Positions 27,525-37,667 of a stretch of 64,000 nt of DNA are shown here, piece after piece. Made by a program: the position numbers and the translations under genes. The notes beneath the pieces are model-generated. The model saw only the letters and a program-made list of their open reading frames with translations. It searched no databases and was not told the origin of the DNA. The first letter of the stretch is position 1; the number at the start of each line of letters is the position of its first letter. The stretch lies in the NCBI GenBank assembly GCA_963749215.1, contig CAVVMA010000015.1:67467-131466 (forward strand), given 5' to 3'. Source of the DNA: an uncultured delta proteobacterium (lineage in GTDB: Bacteria; Desulfobacterota; Binatia; Binatales; Binataceae).

Positions 27525-28580
27525 ATGAAGGCGGCGGTCTTTCACGGTCCCCGCGACGTGCGGGTGGAGTCGGTCGCCGACGCCGCACTCGCCGCGCCGA
27601 CCGACGCGCTGGTGCGGATCACTGCGGCGGCCATTTGCGGCTCCGACCTCCACACCTATCACGCGCGCACCCCGGCGCTGCCCGGCTTCGTGCTCGGGCA
27701 CGAAGGCGTGGGAATCGTCGAGGAGGTGGGCCGCGGCGTATCGACGCTCAAGCGCGGGCAGCGCGTGGTGGTCGCGGCCACGGTCGCATGCGGCAACTGC
27801 TTCTATTGCCGCCAGGGACAGGTCTCGCAATGCGAAACCAGCGGCTCGGCGGTGTTCGGCTACGGTTCCAACTTCGCCGGCAAGCTCGGCGATATCGGCG
27901 GCGCGCAATCGGAGGCCTTGTGCGTCCCGATGGCCGACTACACCTGCTATCCGCTGCCCGAGGGAATCGACGACGAGGCTGCCGTCTTCCTGGCGGATAT
28001 TCTGCCTACCGGTTTCTTCGGGGCGCTAAATGGCGATATCCGGCCGGGCCACACGGTGGCGGTCTTCGGAAGCGGTCCGGTGGGATTGTGCGCCGTGATG
28101 GCGGCCGGCCTGTTCGGACCCGCCGAAGTAATCGCGGTGGATACGATTCCCTATCGCCTGGAGCTGGCGCGCAAACTCGGCGCGACCCCGGTCGATGCGC
28201 GCGATGCGATGGACCTGATCATGGCGCACACCGCCGGACGCGGCGCAGACGTTGTGATCGAGGCGGTGGGCCACGAGTCGGCGCTGCACGCGGCATTGGC
28301 GGCGGTGCGGCCGGGCGGAACGGTATCGGCTATCGGCGTGTTCAGCGAGCCGGTATTCAACTTTCCGATTGGGCCGGCCTTCATCCGCGATCTTACATTC
28401 CGAATCGGACTGGCCAACATCCGCAGTAATATCCCCCAGCTCGCAAGGCTCATCGAATCCGGCCGCCTCGATCCGCGCCCCATCATCAGTCATCGTCTGG
28501 CGCTCGACGACGTGCCGCACGGATACCGTATTTTCGACGCCCGCATCGAGAATGCGCTGAAGGTGTTGATCAAACCATAG
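27525..28580 (+). CDS. Zinc-dependent alcohol dehydrogenase family protein
   Basis: AAAICGSDLH, GHEGVGIVEEVG, CGNCFYCRQG, VFGSGPVG. Confidence 0.9.
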   Translation: MKAAVFHGPRDVRVESVADAALAAPTDALVRITAAAICGSDLHTYHARTPALPGFVLGHEGVGIVEEVGRGVSTLKRGQRVVVAATVACGNCFYCRQGQVSQCETSGSAVFGYGSNFAGKLGDIGGAQSEALCVPMADYTCYPLPEGIDDEAAVFLADILPTGFFGALNGDIRPGHTVAVFGSGPVGLCAVMAAGLFGPAEVIAVDTIPYRLELARKLGATPVDARDAMDLIMAHTAGRGADVVIEAVGHESALHAALAAVRPGGTVSAIGVFSEPVFNFPIGPAFIRDLTFRIGLANIRSNIPQLARLIESGRLDPRPIISHRLALDDVPHGYRIFDARIENALKVLIKP

Positions 28581-28638
28581 CTGCCGGTTGGATCCGGTCA
28601 GAATTCAAACGAGCAGAATTCAGAAAGAGGTTAATCCC

Positions 28639-29451
28639 GTGACTGAAGAATTGATCAAGGTAAAAGTCGAGGGCGAGATCGCCTACATGGCGCTCAATCG
28701 CCCGGAGAAGCGCAACGCGATCAGCAACGCGGTGCTGCGCGCTATACCCGAGGCGCTGGCCAGGGCCGATCAACCCGGCGTGCGCGCGATCATTCTCTAC
28801 GGCGAAGGCGCGGTGTTCTCGGCGGGAATCGACTTCAGCTCGTTCGGCGGCGAGGGCAGCGTCGCGGGCAACTCCAGCGCGGGGCGCGCGGACCTGAGCC
28901 GCTTTCGGAGCTTTATCGCGGAGTCGCAGGCGGCGCTCAATCGTTTCGAGGCTATCGAGAAGCCCGTGATCGGCGCGCTCCACGGCTACGTCGGCGGCCT
29001 GGGACTCGAACTGGCCCTGGCGTGCGACGCGCGAATCGCAGCCGCCGGCACGCGCCTGGGGATGCCTGAAGTGCGGATCGGCCTGATCCCGGACGTTGGC
29101 GGCACCACCCGCCTGACGCGCACGGTCGGCTACGCGCGGGCCAAGGAATTGATCATGACCGCGCGGATGATCGACGCGCAGGAGGCCTCGCAAATCGGGC
29201 TCGTGAATCGCGTGGTCGAGAGCGGACAGCATCTCCATGCCGCCGAGGAATTGGCTCGCGAGATCGCGCGCAATGCTCCGCTCGCGGTCGGGCTCGCCAA
29301 GCGGATCATCGATCGGGGCCACGGGCTGGACAAGATGAGCTTCATGGAACTGGAGGCGCTGGGCCAGAGCGCGTTGCTTCTGACCGAGGACTTCGCCGAG
29401 GGAGCGCAGGCTCTCGCGCAGCGCCGCGAGCCCAAGTTCAAGGGGCGCTGA
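28639..29451 (+). CDS. Enoyl-CoA hydratase/isomerase family protein
   Basis: IAYMALNRPEKRNA, LYGEGAVFSAGIDF, GALHGYVGGLGLELALACD. GTG start at 28639 after AGAGG. Confidence 0.85.
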   Translation: MTEELIKVKVEGEIAYMALNRPEKRNAISNAVLRAIPEALARADQPGVRAIILYGEGAVFSAGIDFSSFGGEGSVAGNSSAGRADLSRFRSFIAESQAALNRFEAIEKPVIGALHGYVGGLGLELALACDARIAAAGTRLGMPEVRIGLIPDVGGTTRLTRTVGYARAKELIMTARMIDAQEASQIGLVNRVVESGQHLHAAEELAREIARNAPLAVGLAKRIIDRGHGLDKMSFMELEALGQSALLLTEDFAEGAQALAQRREPKFKGR

Positions 29452-30376
29452 CCTTAATCTCGATCTCGCCCTGCCAAGTCGCGCCCGGCGCCAGTTCGCG
29501 AGCCCCCGCCTCGATCCCGCGAGAGGCCAAATTGAACGCGTCCGGCGCGCAGCTATAAGGCTCGATTGCCACGACCGGGCGATCGAGCGGCGCGTAGACG
29601 ACCCATTCGTCGAAGCTGCTGTCGGCCGTCACCTCTACCGCGACTTTCAGCGAACGATCGATAAGCTTTCCGCAGATCGTTCCGTCGCCGTCGGCTTGCG
29701 CCTCGTGGAAAGCGTCGTCGTAGGCTTCGTTGCCGAGTTCCCGGGGCGACTTCAGATCGTACTTGCCGCTTACGGCTTCGTCTTTCCCGGTCGGGATCAG
29801 TCGCTGATCGAGGATCCATCGTTTCGAGCATGGCAATTGGACTTGCAGACCGGCGCGCGTCGACCTCGGATTCAGCGGCACGCGCAGGTACGGATGCGCG
29901 CCTAGGCCAAACGGCATCGGCAGGGTTCCGGTGTTCGCGACGGAAGCGGTGAGCCGCAGTCCGTTGCCGATCTCGTAATCGAGGGTGAGCCTGAACGGAT
30001 ACGGCCACGCCGACATGAGTTGCGGGTCGGAGGCCGACTCGAGCTCGGCGGTGAAATAGTAGGGGCCGCGGCGCGAAACCCTGAACGGGCGATCGCAGAT
30101 CAGTCCGTGAATTGCGTGTCCGCGAGCCGGCTCGTTGACCGGCAGCGTGTGCTCCTTTCCCTTCCACGAAAATTTGGCCTCGGCGATTCGTCCCGGCCAC
30201 GGAAAGAGGATCGGGATTCCGCTGGAGTGCGGCTTGGCGGCAAGCGCCTCGACACTGGCGGCGCCCCAGATCACCTCGAGCGATCCGACCCGATAGCCGA
30301 GACAACCGCATCCGATCTCTGGAACAAAGCGCGCCGCCTCGTTTTGTGCCTCTATCGTGATGATCTCCACGGCCAT
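29438..30376 (-). CDS. Aldose 1-epimerase (galactose mutarotase-like) family protein
   Basis: GIPILFPWPGRI, HAIHGL, FGLGAHPYL, EPYSCAPDAFN. Confidence 0.8.
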   Translation of the reverse strand: MAVEIITIEAQNEAARFVPEIGCGCLGYRVGSLEVIWGAASVEALAAKPHSSGIPILFPWPGRIAEAKFSWKGKEHTLPVNEPARGHAIHGLICDRPFRVSRRGPYYFTAELESASDPQLMSAWPYPFRLTLDYEIGNGLRLTASVANTGTLPMPFGLGAHPYLRVPLNPRSTRAGLQVQLPCSKRWILDQRLIPTGKDEAVSGKYDLKSPRELGNEAYDDAFHEAQADGDGTICGKLIDRSLKVAVEVTADSSFDEWVVYAPLDRPVVAIEPYSCAPDAFNLASRGIEAGARELAPGATWQGEIEIKVSAP

Positions 30377-30592
30377 GCTCCTACCGTTCGAATCTGCCGT
30401 CGGCCGGCCGATGCGGGATCTGCAAAATCAGCGACTTCCCCTCGGCGCTCGGCGGCGTCTCCTCCTAAGGATGGCAGTCCGAGCGCACTCTCGTAAACCT
30501 GCCCCCGAAAGGGCACACAATCGCCTCGGGGTTCCATCAAACGGGATTTCCGGATCGGCCCTTTCAGCGCGGAACCGGAAGAGAAGACGCGT

Positions 30593-30916
30593 TCAGCGGT
30601 CGCGATCGCGGCCGCCGCCCATTCCGCGCCGGTCGCCGCCGCCTCCGCCACCTCCGCCTCCACCGGCAGTGCGGGCCTGAGCTTCGTTGACGCGGATCGC
30701 GCGTCCCTTCAGATCTCTGCCGTTGAGCTTCTTGATTGCGGCGTCTGCGGCCTCATCAGTCGCCATCTCGACGAAACCGAATCCTCTCGAGCGATTCGTC
30801 GCGCGATCTATGATCACCTGTGAACTCTCCACCTTGCCTGCCTCGGTGAAGACTTCCTGCAAGTCCTGATCGCTCACTCCCCAAGCCAGATTGCCTACAT
30901 ACAGTCTGCGGCCCAT
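30593..30916 (-). CDS. RRM-type glycine-rich RNA-binding protein
   Basis: RLYVGNLAW (RNP2), RGFGFVEM (RNP1), G10-RGG tail. Confidence 0.92.
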   Translation of the reverse strand: MGRRLYVGNLAWGVSDQDLQEVFTEAGKVESSQVIIDRATNRSRGFGFVEMATDEAADAAIKKLNGRDLKGRAIRVNEAQARTAGGGGGGGGGGDRRGMGGGRDRDR

Positions 30917-31848
30917 TAAGCTCTCCTAGCGGTCCTCGGCGCCGCTGCGCGCTTCGTTTCCCCCCGGACCAAGTGCTCATAGCGAGCATCCAGACAGGTG
31001 GGCGGGGCTGACGGCGCCTCCTCCGATTCAAAGTTCGGCTTTATATAGCACCGCTAGCCGCTCAAATACAGATGCTCTGCCTATCACAAGTGGCGCCCAA
31101 AATGCCAAGGGTCGCGTCTTTCTGAGCATCGATCCACGTCGATGCATCACGACGCAGCCTGTATCCGGTGCGTCACCGGCCGGGCGAAATCAGGGTCGTC
31201 TGATGAATCGCGCGCCGTAAAACCGATCAAGCGGATGCATTCGACTAAACACTCCATCAAAGGTCTTTCCGCGAGGAATGGCGCGTTAGACTTCGCAAAA
31301 ACGTCAATCTTCAGACGGCAAAGTGGAATGTCGGCGAGAAGAACCAGCTCCGTTTATCCGCCGGCGCCGATGCGCAATTGATTGAAAATTCATGTTCGGA
31401 AATTCAGTCGGGCGCGCGATCTGCAATATGTAACACCCTACTTGGGGACTCGCGGGTTACGACCAGGATCCAATCATGGTGGTACGAGTTAGGTATGGAA
31501 TCGCATCGCGGAGGGATGATGGCCGGAGGGGAATTGATATAGCCCGTCGAATCGTACCGGAAATCCGACCGCATATCAGAATTTAGTCAACGGCTCGTCG
31601 TTTTCCCGATTGTACCAAGCGCCCAATTACTTCGCATGCGACTTCGTCGAGCAACTCGACGCTCGCTACTGCATCGCGAAGATGTTCCGGACTCTCGCGC
31701 CTTGGTTCACAGCAAACAGTGTGACATATCCAACGTTATCTAGTCGTCTGACTACGTGACTAGTCGCGCTTGTGTATCAGTTCAGAGTTGTGTAGGTTGC
31801 TATTGTGTTAACTAGGACACCAAGCTGAGGTAAAGGAGCATCGTTCTA

Positions 31849-32229
31849 ATGCCACGACGCCGACAGAATGGCGCATCACCGGGTTCGGCTTTCGTACAAA
31901 TTCAGCGTCAGGCCCGTTCCCTGCTCTCGAATTTACGCAAGCAGATTCGGGGTAAGGAAATGGAGCTGAGGCGTCTCAAGGAAGAAGAAGCCAGGCTCGG
32001 CGGGCTCACCGGTCGAGCCGCATCGACGGGCTCTGTCGGAGTGGGACGAGGCAGAATCGACTGGCGTATGGTGCTGGGTCAGGTTCCGAAGCAGTTCAAG
32101 GCCTCAGACATTCGCCGCGTGCGCGGACTGAAAGAGAAGCGGCCCTCCGAGATCTTCGCCGCGATCACCCGCTGGATCGATGCGGGAATGGTGAAGCGCA
32201 GAGCACGCGGCCAGTACGAACGAACCTGA
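31849..32229 (+). CDS. Hypothetical protein (coiled-coil N-terminus, wHTH-like C-terminus)
   Basis: RBS GGTAAAGGAG upstream. KEMELRRLKEEEARL, then FKASDIRRVRGLKEKRPSEIFAAITRWIDAGMVKRRARGQYER. Confidence 0.5.
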   Translation: MPRRRQNGASPGSAFVQIQRQARSLLSNLRKQIRGKEMELRRLKEEEARLGGLTGRAASTGSVGVGRGRIDWRMVLGQVPKQFKASDIRRVRGLKEKRPSEIFAAITRWIDAGMVKRRARGQYERT

Positions 32230-32319
32230 GCGCCGGCGCCTCCGGGCCGGCAGTGAGCGAATAGAGTATCCGTTGTTGCAACGCGCGGTCCCCTCGCGCG
32301 AGCGCCTGAGTCTGCTTCC

Positions 32320-33355
32320 GTGGCGGTTAAGACTATCGAATGGCGTGCGGACACCGTCCGCATGATCGACCAGCGGCTGCTGCCCGCGCGCGAGGTCATC
32401 CGGACCTACCGCGATTACCGCGGCGTCGCTGAAGCGATTCGCTCGATGGTTATTCGGGGCGCGCCCGCGATCGGCGTCGCCGCCGCGATGGGCGTCGTGT
32501 TGGGGATCAAGGGCCTCGCTGGAAGCCGTGCCAAAGCGCGCTTCGCACAGGTGGCGGCGGCGCTCAAGGCGACCCGGCCGACCGCAGTAAATCTGGCCTG
32601 GGCAGTCGATCGGATGGGGCGTGTGATGGAAGAAAACCTCGCGCTCGATGCGCCCGCGCTGTTTCGCCGCATGCGCGCCGAAGCTCTGGCGATCTGCAAG
32701 CAGGACCTGGACGCGAATCGCACGCTCGGCCGCTTCGGCGCGGCTCTGCTCGACAATCCCGCGGTTGTGCTGACGCATTGCAACGCGGGCGCGCTAGCCA
32801 CCGCCGGCTACGGAACCGCGTTGGGGGTTGTCCGCGCGGCACGTGAGGCCGGTAAGCAGATCTCGGTTATCGCCGACGAGACGCGGCCCTACCTGCAGGG
32901 ATCGCGCCTGACGGCCTGGGAGCTGCACAAGGACAGGATTCCAGTCACCGTAATCGCCGACAACATGGCGGGCTCGGTGCTCGCGCGCGGCGGCGTCAGT
33001 TGCGTGATAGTGGGCGCCGACCGTATCGCAGCCAACGGCGACGTTGCGAACAAGATCGGTACCTACCCGCTCGCGGTGCTGGCTAATCGCCATCGCGTCC
33101 CGTTCTACGTCGCGGCGCCGCTGTCTTCGATCGATTTCGATTGTCCCAGTGGCGCGGAGATTCCTATCGAAGAACGATCGGCCAGCGAGTTGTCCGAATT
33201 CGGCGGCCGGCGGATCGCGCCAAAGGGAGTTGCGATTCTTCAATCCGGCCTTCGATGTCACACCGGCCGACCTGGTTACCGCGATCATCACCGAACGGGG
33301 CGTCGCCCGCGCTCCGTTCGTCGAGAGTCTGGCCGCGCTGAAGCCCGCGCGCTGA
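32320..33355 (+). CDS. mtnA: S-methyl-5-thioribose-1-phosphate isomerase, apparent 1-nt insertion near 33238
   Basis: [68 protein letters not shown]. The tail [22 protein letters not shown] is in the frame of ORF 33044-33355. Confidence 0.88.
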
Positions 33356-33373
33356 GCAGAACCTCACCCCTGA

Positions 33374-33396
33374 CCCCTCTCCGACGCGGAGAGGGG
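33374..33396. repeat. REP-like GC hairpin (CCCCTCTCCG / CGGAGAGGGG)
   Basis: 10-bp perfect stem, intergenic after mtnA. Confidence 0.7.
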
Positions 33397-33572
33397 AACC
33401 TGGGTCTTACCCGCAAGGCTGCGCCCCCAAGGCAAATCAGACTGACCTTCCCGAACAGTGTTGCACCCGTGCAACTTGGCGCGCACGAATCAACTCTGGA
33501 TATCGGTGCGCGCAGCGGTCTGTGATATCAAAATAGAAGTTTTAATAACAAGTTGAAGTTTGCTGTTGCTAT

Positions 33573-34782
33573 TTGGCACATACCGCTTGCGGCGTGGGAG
33601 TTGCTTATGGTGCGGTTGTGGGCCGTCTCGGAATTCATCGGTATCGGATCGCATTGGGTCTCTGCCTGGCACTCTCGACAGTCTTGTACCACAACAGCGC
33701 GCTCTCCTCGCTCGGCTCGCTGATGACCGGCGATAGTGACTACGATCTGAGCGAGCCCATACCAACTGACGTAGGGGTCCACTGGATAGTCGGAAGGCCC
33801 GATCCGGTGACTGGCGCCGTCCCGAAAGAGCGCTCGCCGTTCTACGGCCATGGCGACCCGTTTCACTGGGAAGTGACGCTCGGCACCGGGCGCTTCATCG
33901 ATCACCAGACCGACTTCTACCTTCCCGACGCGGTGCCGATAAATCTGACCCGCACCTATCGGCCGATGGACGACGGTCCGCATTCGTTCGGCCGCGGAAC
34001 CAGCGACTCATACGAGCTCTTCCTCGAAGGCGACGCCCCCGCTTCGGCATTTATCGATCTGGTCCTGCCCGACCGAAGCCGAATCCACTATCGGCGCATA
34101 TCGCCGGATGCGGATCTCGCCGACGCCGTGTACCTCAACGGCGCCACGATGGGGCCGTTCTTCGGTTCGACGATCTCGTGGAACGGGCGCGAATGGGATT
34201 TGCGGGTTGCCGACGGGACCAGGTTCGGCTTTCGCAACGCGGCATCGGGGGATTATCGCGGCCGTGCGGCGCTCGCGAGCATCACGCGACGTTCACGGCG
34301 ATACGCTCACGATCAAACGCGACCGCCTGGGCAACAAGCTGCGAATTGCCGAGCCCAACGGCGGCACGCTGCTTTTCAGACACGACCGGTTCAACCGGAT
34401 CATCGAGGTACGCGACAATGAAGGCCACGTCGCGGCCTACGCTTACGACCGTAGCGGGCGACTCGCGGCCGTCACCGACATTGCGGGCGGCGTCAGCCGC
34501 TACCGTTACGACGCGGCCGGCGGGATCGTCGCGATCACGGATCCGGCGGGCCGGGTCTGGATGAAGATCACGTACGACGACCTTCATCGGGTAATCGCGC
34601 AGGATGTCCTGACCGGGCGCAAGAGCCGCCGATACTTCTACAGCATCGGCGCCGACGGCCGCGTCGCGGCGGCGGACATCATTTTCGCCGACGGCACCCG
34701 CGAGCATCACCTCCTCGATTCGCAGGGCTTCGAGGTGCTGCCGATCGACGAGCCACAAGTCAGCGGCCCGATCGACCTCTGA
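33573..34782 (+). CDS. Compact RHS / YD-repeat protein with a DUF6531-like N-terminal region, apparent frameshift near 34285
   Basis: TLGTGRFIDHQTDFYLPDAVPINLTRTYRP..FGRG. YD repeats YAYDRSGRLAAVTD and YRYDAAGGIVAITDPAG lie in the second frame (34108-34782). Confidence 0.7.
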
Positions 34783-34911
34783 CCCCGCGCTGCGCCGGAC
34801 CTGCTTTCGACCCGCCCCGCCATTTGACTCGATGGAGTCGCGGGGCCTACTCTCGGCGCCGCTCACTGTCCCGGCTCCGCCAAGATCTCCAAAGGCCTGC
34901 GAAGATTTCCG

Positions 34912-36159
34912 ATGTCTGACTCGCAACCTCGACCGGCACGGCTGTGGCGCAACGCCGATTTCCTGAAACTCTGGACCGGCGAGACGGTTTCGGACTTCGG
35001 TTCGCTGGTCAGCACCGTGGCGATACCGTTCGCCGCGATCCTGACCCTCGACGCGGCGCCGTTTCAGATGGCGCTGCTGCGCTCCGCCGGCATCGTGGCC
35101 GGAATCCTTACCGTGCTGTTCGTGGGAGTCTGGGTGGATCGGGTGCGGCGCCGTCCGATTATGATTGCGGCCGACCTCGGCCAGGCGACGCTGCTCGCCA
35201 CCATACCCGTCGCGTGGCTAGCGGGCGTGCTCAAGATGGGGCATCTGTACGCGGTCACGTTCGCAGCCGGGCTCCTGAGCTCGTTTTTCGATGTCGCATA
35301 CCGCTCTTATCTTCCTTCGATCGTCGAGCGCGGCGATCTGGTCGAAGCGAACAGCAAGCTCAGCGCCAGTTCGTCGGTCGCGGAAGTCGGCGCGTTCGGG
35401 ATCGCGGGATGGCTGGTGCAGTGGCTGACCGCGCCGTTCGCGATCCTGATCGACGCGGGATCGTTCGCCTTCTCGGCGCTTTGCGTGATGAACATAAGGC
35501 GCCCCGAGCCGGCGCCCATCGCGGCCGTGCGCCGCGCCCCCATAACGCGCGAGATTGCCGAAGGCGCGCGCTTCGTGTGGGAGCATCCGACGCTGCGCGC
35601 GCTGTTGCTGAGCGCCGCAGCGACCAGCTTTTCGTTCGCCGTCACCTCGATCGTCTACCTGCTGTTCGTCGTGAATACCCTGGGTTTCAAGCCCGGCCTG
35701 CTCGGCATGATCTTTTCGGTCGGAGGACTAAGCTCGCTCGGCGGTGCGATGCTGGCGACTCGCGCATCGCGGCGCTTCGGGGCCGGACGCTCGATGGTGT
35801 GCGGGCTGCTGATATGGGGCGTCGGCTCGATCCTTGTGCCGATCGCGCACGGCGCCACGCTGCTGGCGGGCGCGTTGCTCGTGGCGCAGCAGTTGATCGG
35901 CGACGGCGGCGCCACGATCTATTTCATCAACGCCACCAGCCTTCGCCAGATGATTGCTCCGCCGGAGATCCTGGGCCGGGTGAGTGCGAGCCTCCGCTTC
36001 ATCGGACTGGTGAGCGCGCTGGCCGGGTCGATCGCCGGCGGCGTGGCAGGTCAGTTGTTGGGTCTCAGATTCGCGCTGATAATCGGAGCGTGCGGTCCAT
36101 TCGTGGCTGCCGCCGCCCTTCTACCGACGGTCCGAACGGTAAGAAGCGACACCCACTGA
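34912..36159 (+). CDS. MFS transporter
   Basis: 415 aa with about 12 hydrophobic segments, WRNADFLKLWTGETVSDFGS and VWVDRVRRRP loop. Confidence 0.8.
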   Translation: MSDSQPRPARLWRNADFLKLWTGETVSDFGSLVSTVAIPFAAILTLDAAPFQMALLRSAGIVAGILTVLFVGVWVDRVRRRPIMIAADLGQATLLATIPVAWLAGVLKMGHLYAVTFAAGLLSSFFDVAYRSYLPSIVERGDLVEANSKLSASSSVAEVGAFGIAGWLVQWLTAPFAILIDAGSFAFSALCVMNIRRPEPAPIAAVRRAPITREIAEGARFVWEHPTLRALLLSAAATSFSFAVTSIVYLLFVVNTLGFKPGLLGMIFSVGGLSSLGGAMLATRASRRFGAGRSMVCGLLIWGVGSILVPIAHGATLLAGALLVAQQLIGDGGATIYFINATSLRQMIAPPEILGRVSASLRFIGLVSALAGSIAGGVAGQLLGLRFALIIGACGPFVAAAALLPTVRTVRSDTH

Positions 36160-36253
36160 AACCTAACTCCCTGGGCCCATCCCTCCGCACTCCACCACCT
36201 GCCCTGGAAAAATTAACCGCGGATTTGGCTGACTGATTCAGGGCGGTGCGGAT

Positions 36254-36484
36254 CTAGTCGTTGCCGGCTTTGCGACCGTCTTTGCTTTCGACCTCGGTTG
36301 GTTTGAGCGCGGCCTGCACTAATTCGGGTGACCCGGAAGGATAATAGGTCCCTCCGAAGGATCTCATTGGCCTGCCGGGACCGTACCCTAGCTCCTCAGG
36401 ATCGTACTCACGCGAATGTTTCCCGCTAGTTTCGTGGCGCTGGATCTGTTTCTGTTTCGAGTCCATATCCTCCTCTTTCCTCAT
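36254..36484 (-). CDS. Small hydrophilic hypothetical protein
   Basis: 76-aa ORF 15 nt downstream of the GAF-like gene on the same strand. No known motif. Confidence 0.35.
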   Translation of the reverse strand: MRKEEDMDSKQKQIQRHETSGKHSREYDPEELGYGPGRPMRSFGGTYYPSGSPELVQAALKPTEVESKDGRKAGND

Positions 36485-36498
36485 CGTCTCCTTAGACC

Positions 36499-37341
36499 TC
36501 AGACCTCCGGATCATGGAGTGTAGGCCAATCGCTGAGTTGACGAAGCGGCCAGTAAAGTGAATCAGCCACGCACGCGGCGATGTTGAACTCGGTGCTCAT
36601 CGTCGTGACATCTTCAGCGCGCTTGCGGAGGCGCGGGAAGCGACGCGGACGCTCCGCATCGAGGCATAAAAAGCCGACCGTGTAAGGCTTAAGCTCCAAC
36701 TTGCCGGGAGGCACAAACCTGATGGGGAGAACCATCGTACTCCTGTACAGATTCCAGAAGTTCGGTGTTGGGTTTTTGTACCTTCCGTCATTAAACATGC
36801 GCCACAGATCCTCGCCCGGACAATATACGAACGGTCGGGGATTGCCTTTGCTTATTAGAATCGCAAAAGCCGAGGAAGCGTTCGCATAGAATATCTTGGG
36901 ATGCTCAGGGTTATCGTCCCTGTCCCTAGAGTTTGAGTTTCTTACGAGGGTGAACACTAACGGTTCGTCCAGCTCTGGCACGCGGTTTCCTGCCGACGCT
37001 GGATGCCCCCATTGCGCAGCATTTTGCGGCGCGCACATCATTTTTACGCACGCTGCCGTTTTACATAGCGTTACGCGCTCCTCGAAGAAATCAGTGAGGT
37101 GATCCATCAATGACCCGAGATGGTCTTTGACCCTGAGGAATGCGAACTCGGCTGATTTGCCAGAGCACGACTGCAGAACGTATGTCAGCTCGCGCGATTT
37201 CTCCGACGCTCGATGTGCTAAAGCCGCCAGATCGTGCGAATACCGTAGGGTGAGGGAACGACGGGCTCGTCTGAACCCACGTCCAGCAACGTGCACTCCG
37301 GTGGTCGTGAGAATCTCTTCGATTATCCACGCAGCAGCCAC
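36499..37341 (-). CDS. GAF-like domain protein (hypothetical, lower-GC islet)
   Basis: YANASSAFAIL..FNDGRYKNPTPNFWNLYRSTMVLPIRF..YTVGFLCLDAERPRRF matches a remembered stand-alone GAF pattern (NTAF...Y.N...W..Y.S.lV.PI...iGFLC.D). Confidence 0.45.
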   Translation of the reverse strand: MAAAWIIEEILTTTGVHVAGRGFRRARRSLTLRYSHDLAALAHRASEKSRELTYVLQSCSGKSAEFAFLRVKDHLGSLMDHLTDFFEERVTLCKTAACVKMMCAPQNAAQWGHPASAGNRVPELDEPLVFTLVRNSNSRDRDDNPEHPKIFYANASSAFAILISKGNPRPFVYCPGEDLWRMFNDGRYKNPTPNFWNLYRSTMVLPIRFVPPGKLELKPYTVGFLCLDAERPRRFPRLRKRAEDVTTMSTEFNIAACVADSLYWPLRQLSDWPTLHDPEV

Positions 37342-37379
37342 TCAAACGCGCAGGTAAACAGCCCCTCCCTCAGCATCGT

Positions 37380-37408
37380 AAACTAAGCCTAGTATAAACG
37401 TTTGTCAA
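37380..37408 (-). promoter_or_regulatory. Possible sigma70-type promoter for the GAF-like gene
   Basis: On the minus strand: TTGACA (37408-37403), a 17-nt spacer, then TAGTTT (37385-37380), about 40 nt upstream of the ATG at 37341. Confidence 0.3.
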
Positions 37409-37667
37409 ACCGAGTGGCACCTCACCGGCGACACACTTGCCCACCGTCGGCACGCGCCAAATGTTCACAGAATTGCATTGTCGCTCCCCCTAAGGACGGC
37501 TAAATTGTCGGCGTAGTAGAAGGGCGTTGCCTGACATGCCGCGAAAGGCTAACGAATACGGCCTGTAGCGTCAACTGTCGGACAATTGCCTCCCTGCGAG
37601 AGAAGGGGAATCGGAATCGGGCGTAACGGCTACCGTGGTTGCCCCGGCGACTGCTGGGCAACAGTCT

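Noticed and set aside
31100-31850. ORF-free spacer considered as a retron ncRNA or CRISPR leader
   Set aside because: There is no reverse transcriptase or cas gene nearby. There are no long flanking inverted repeats and no repeat array. It is kept only as a generic unexplained spacer.
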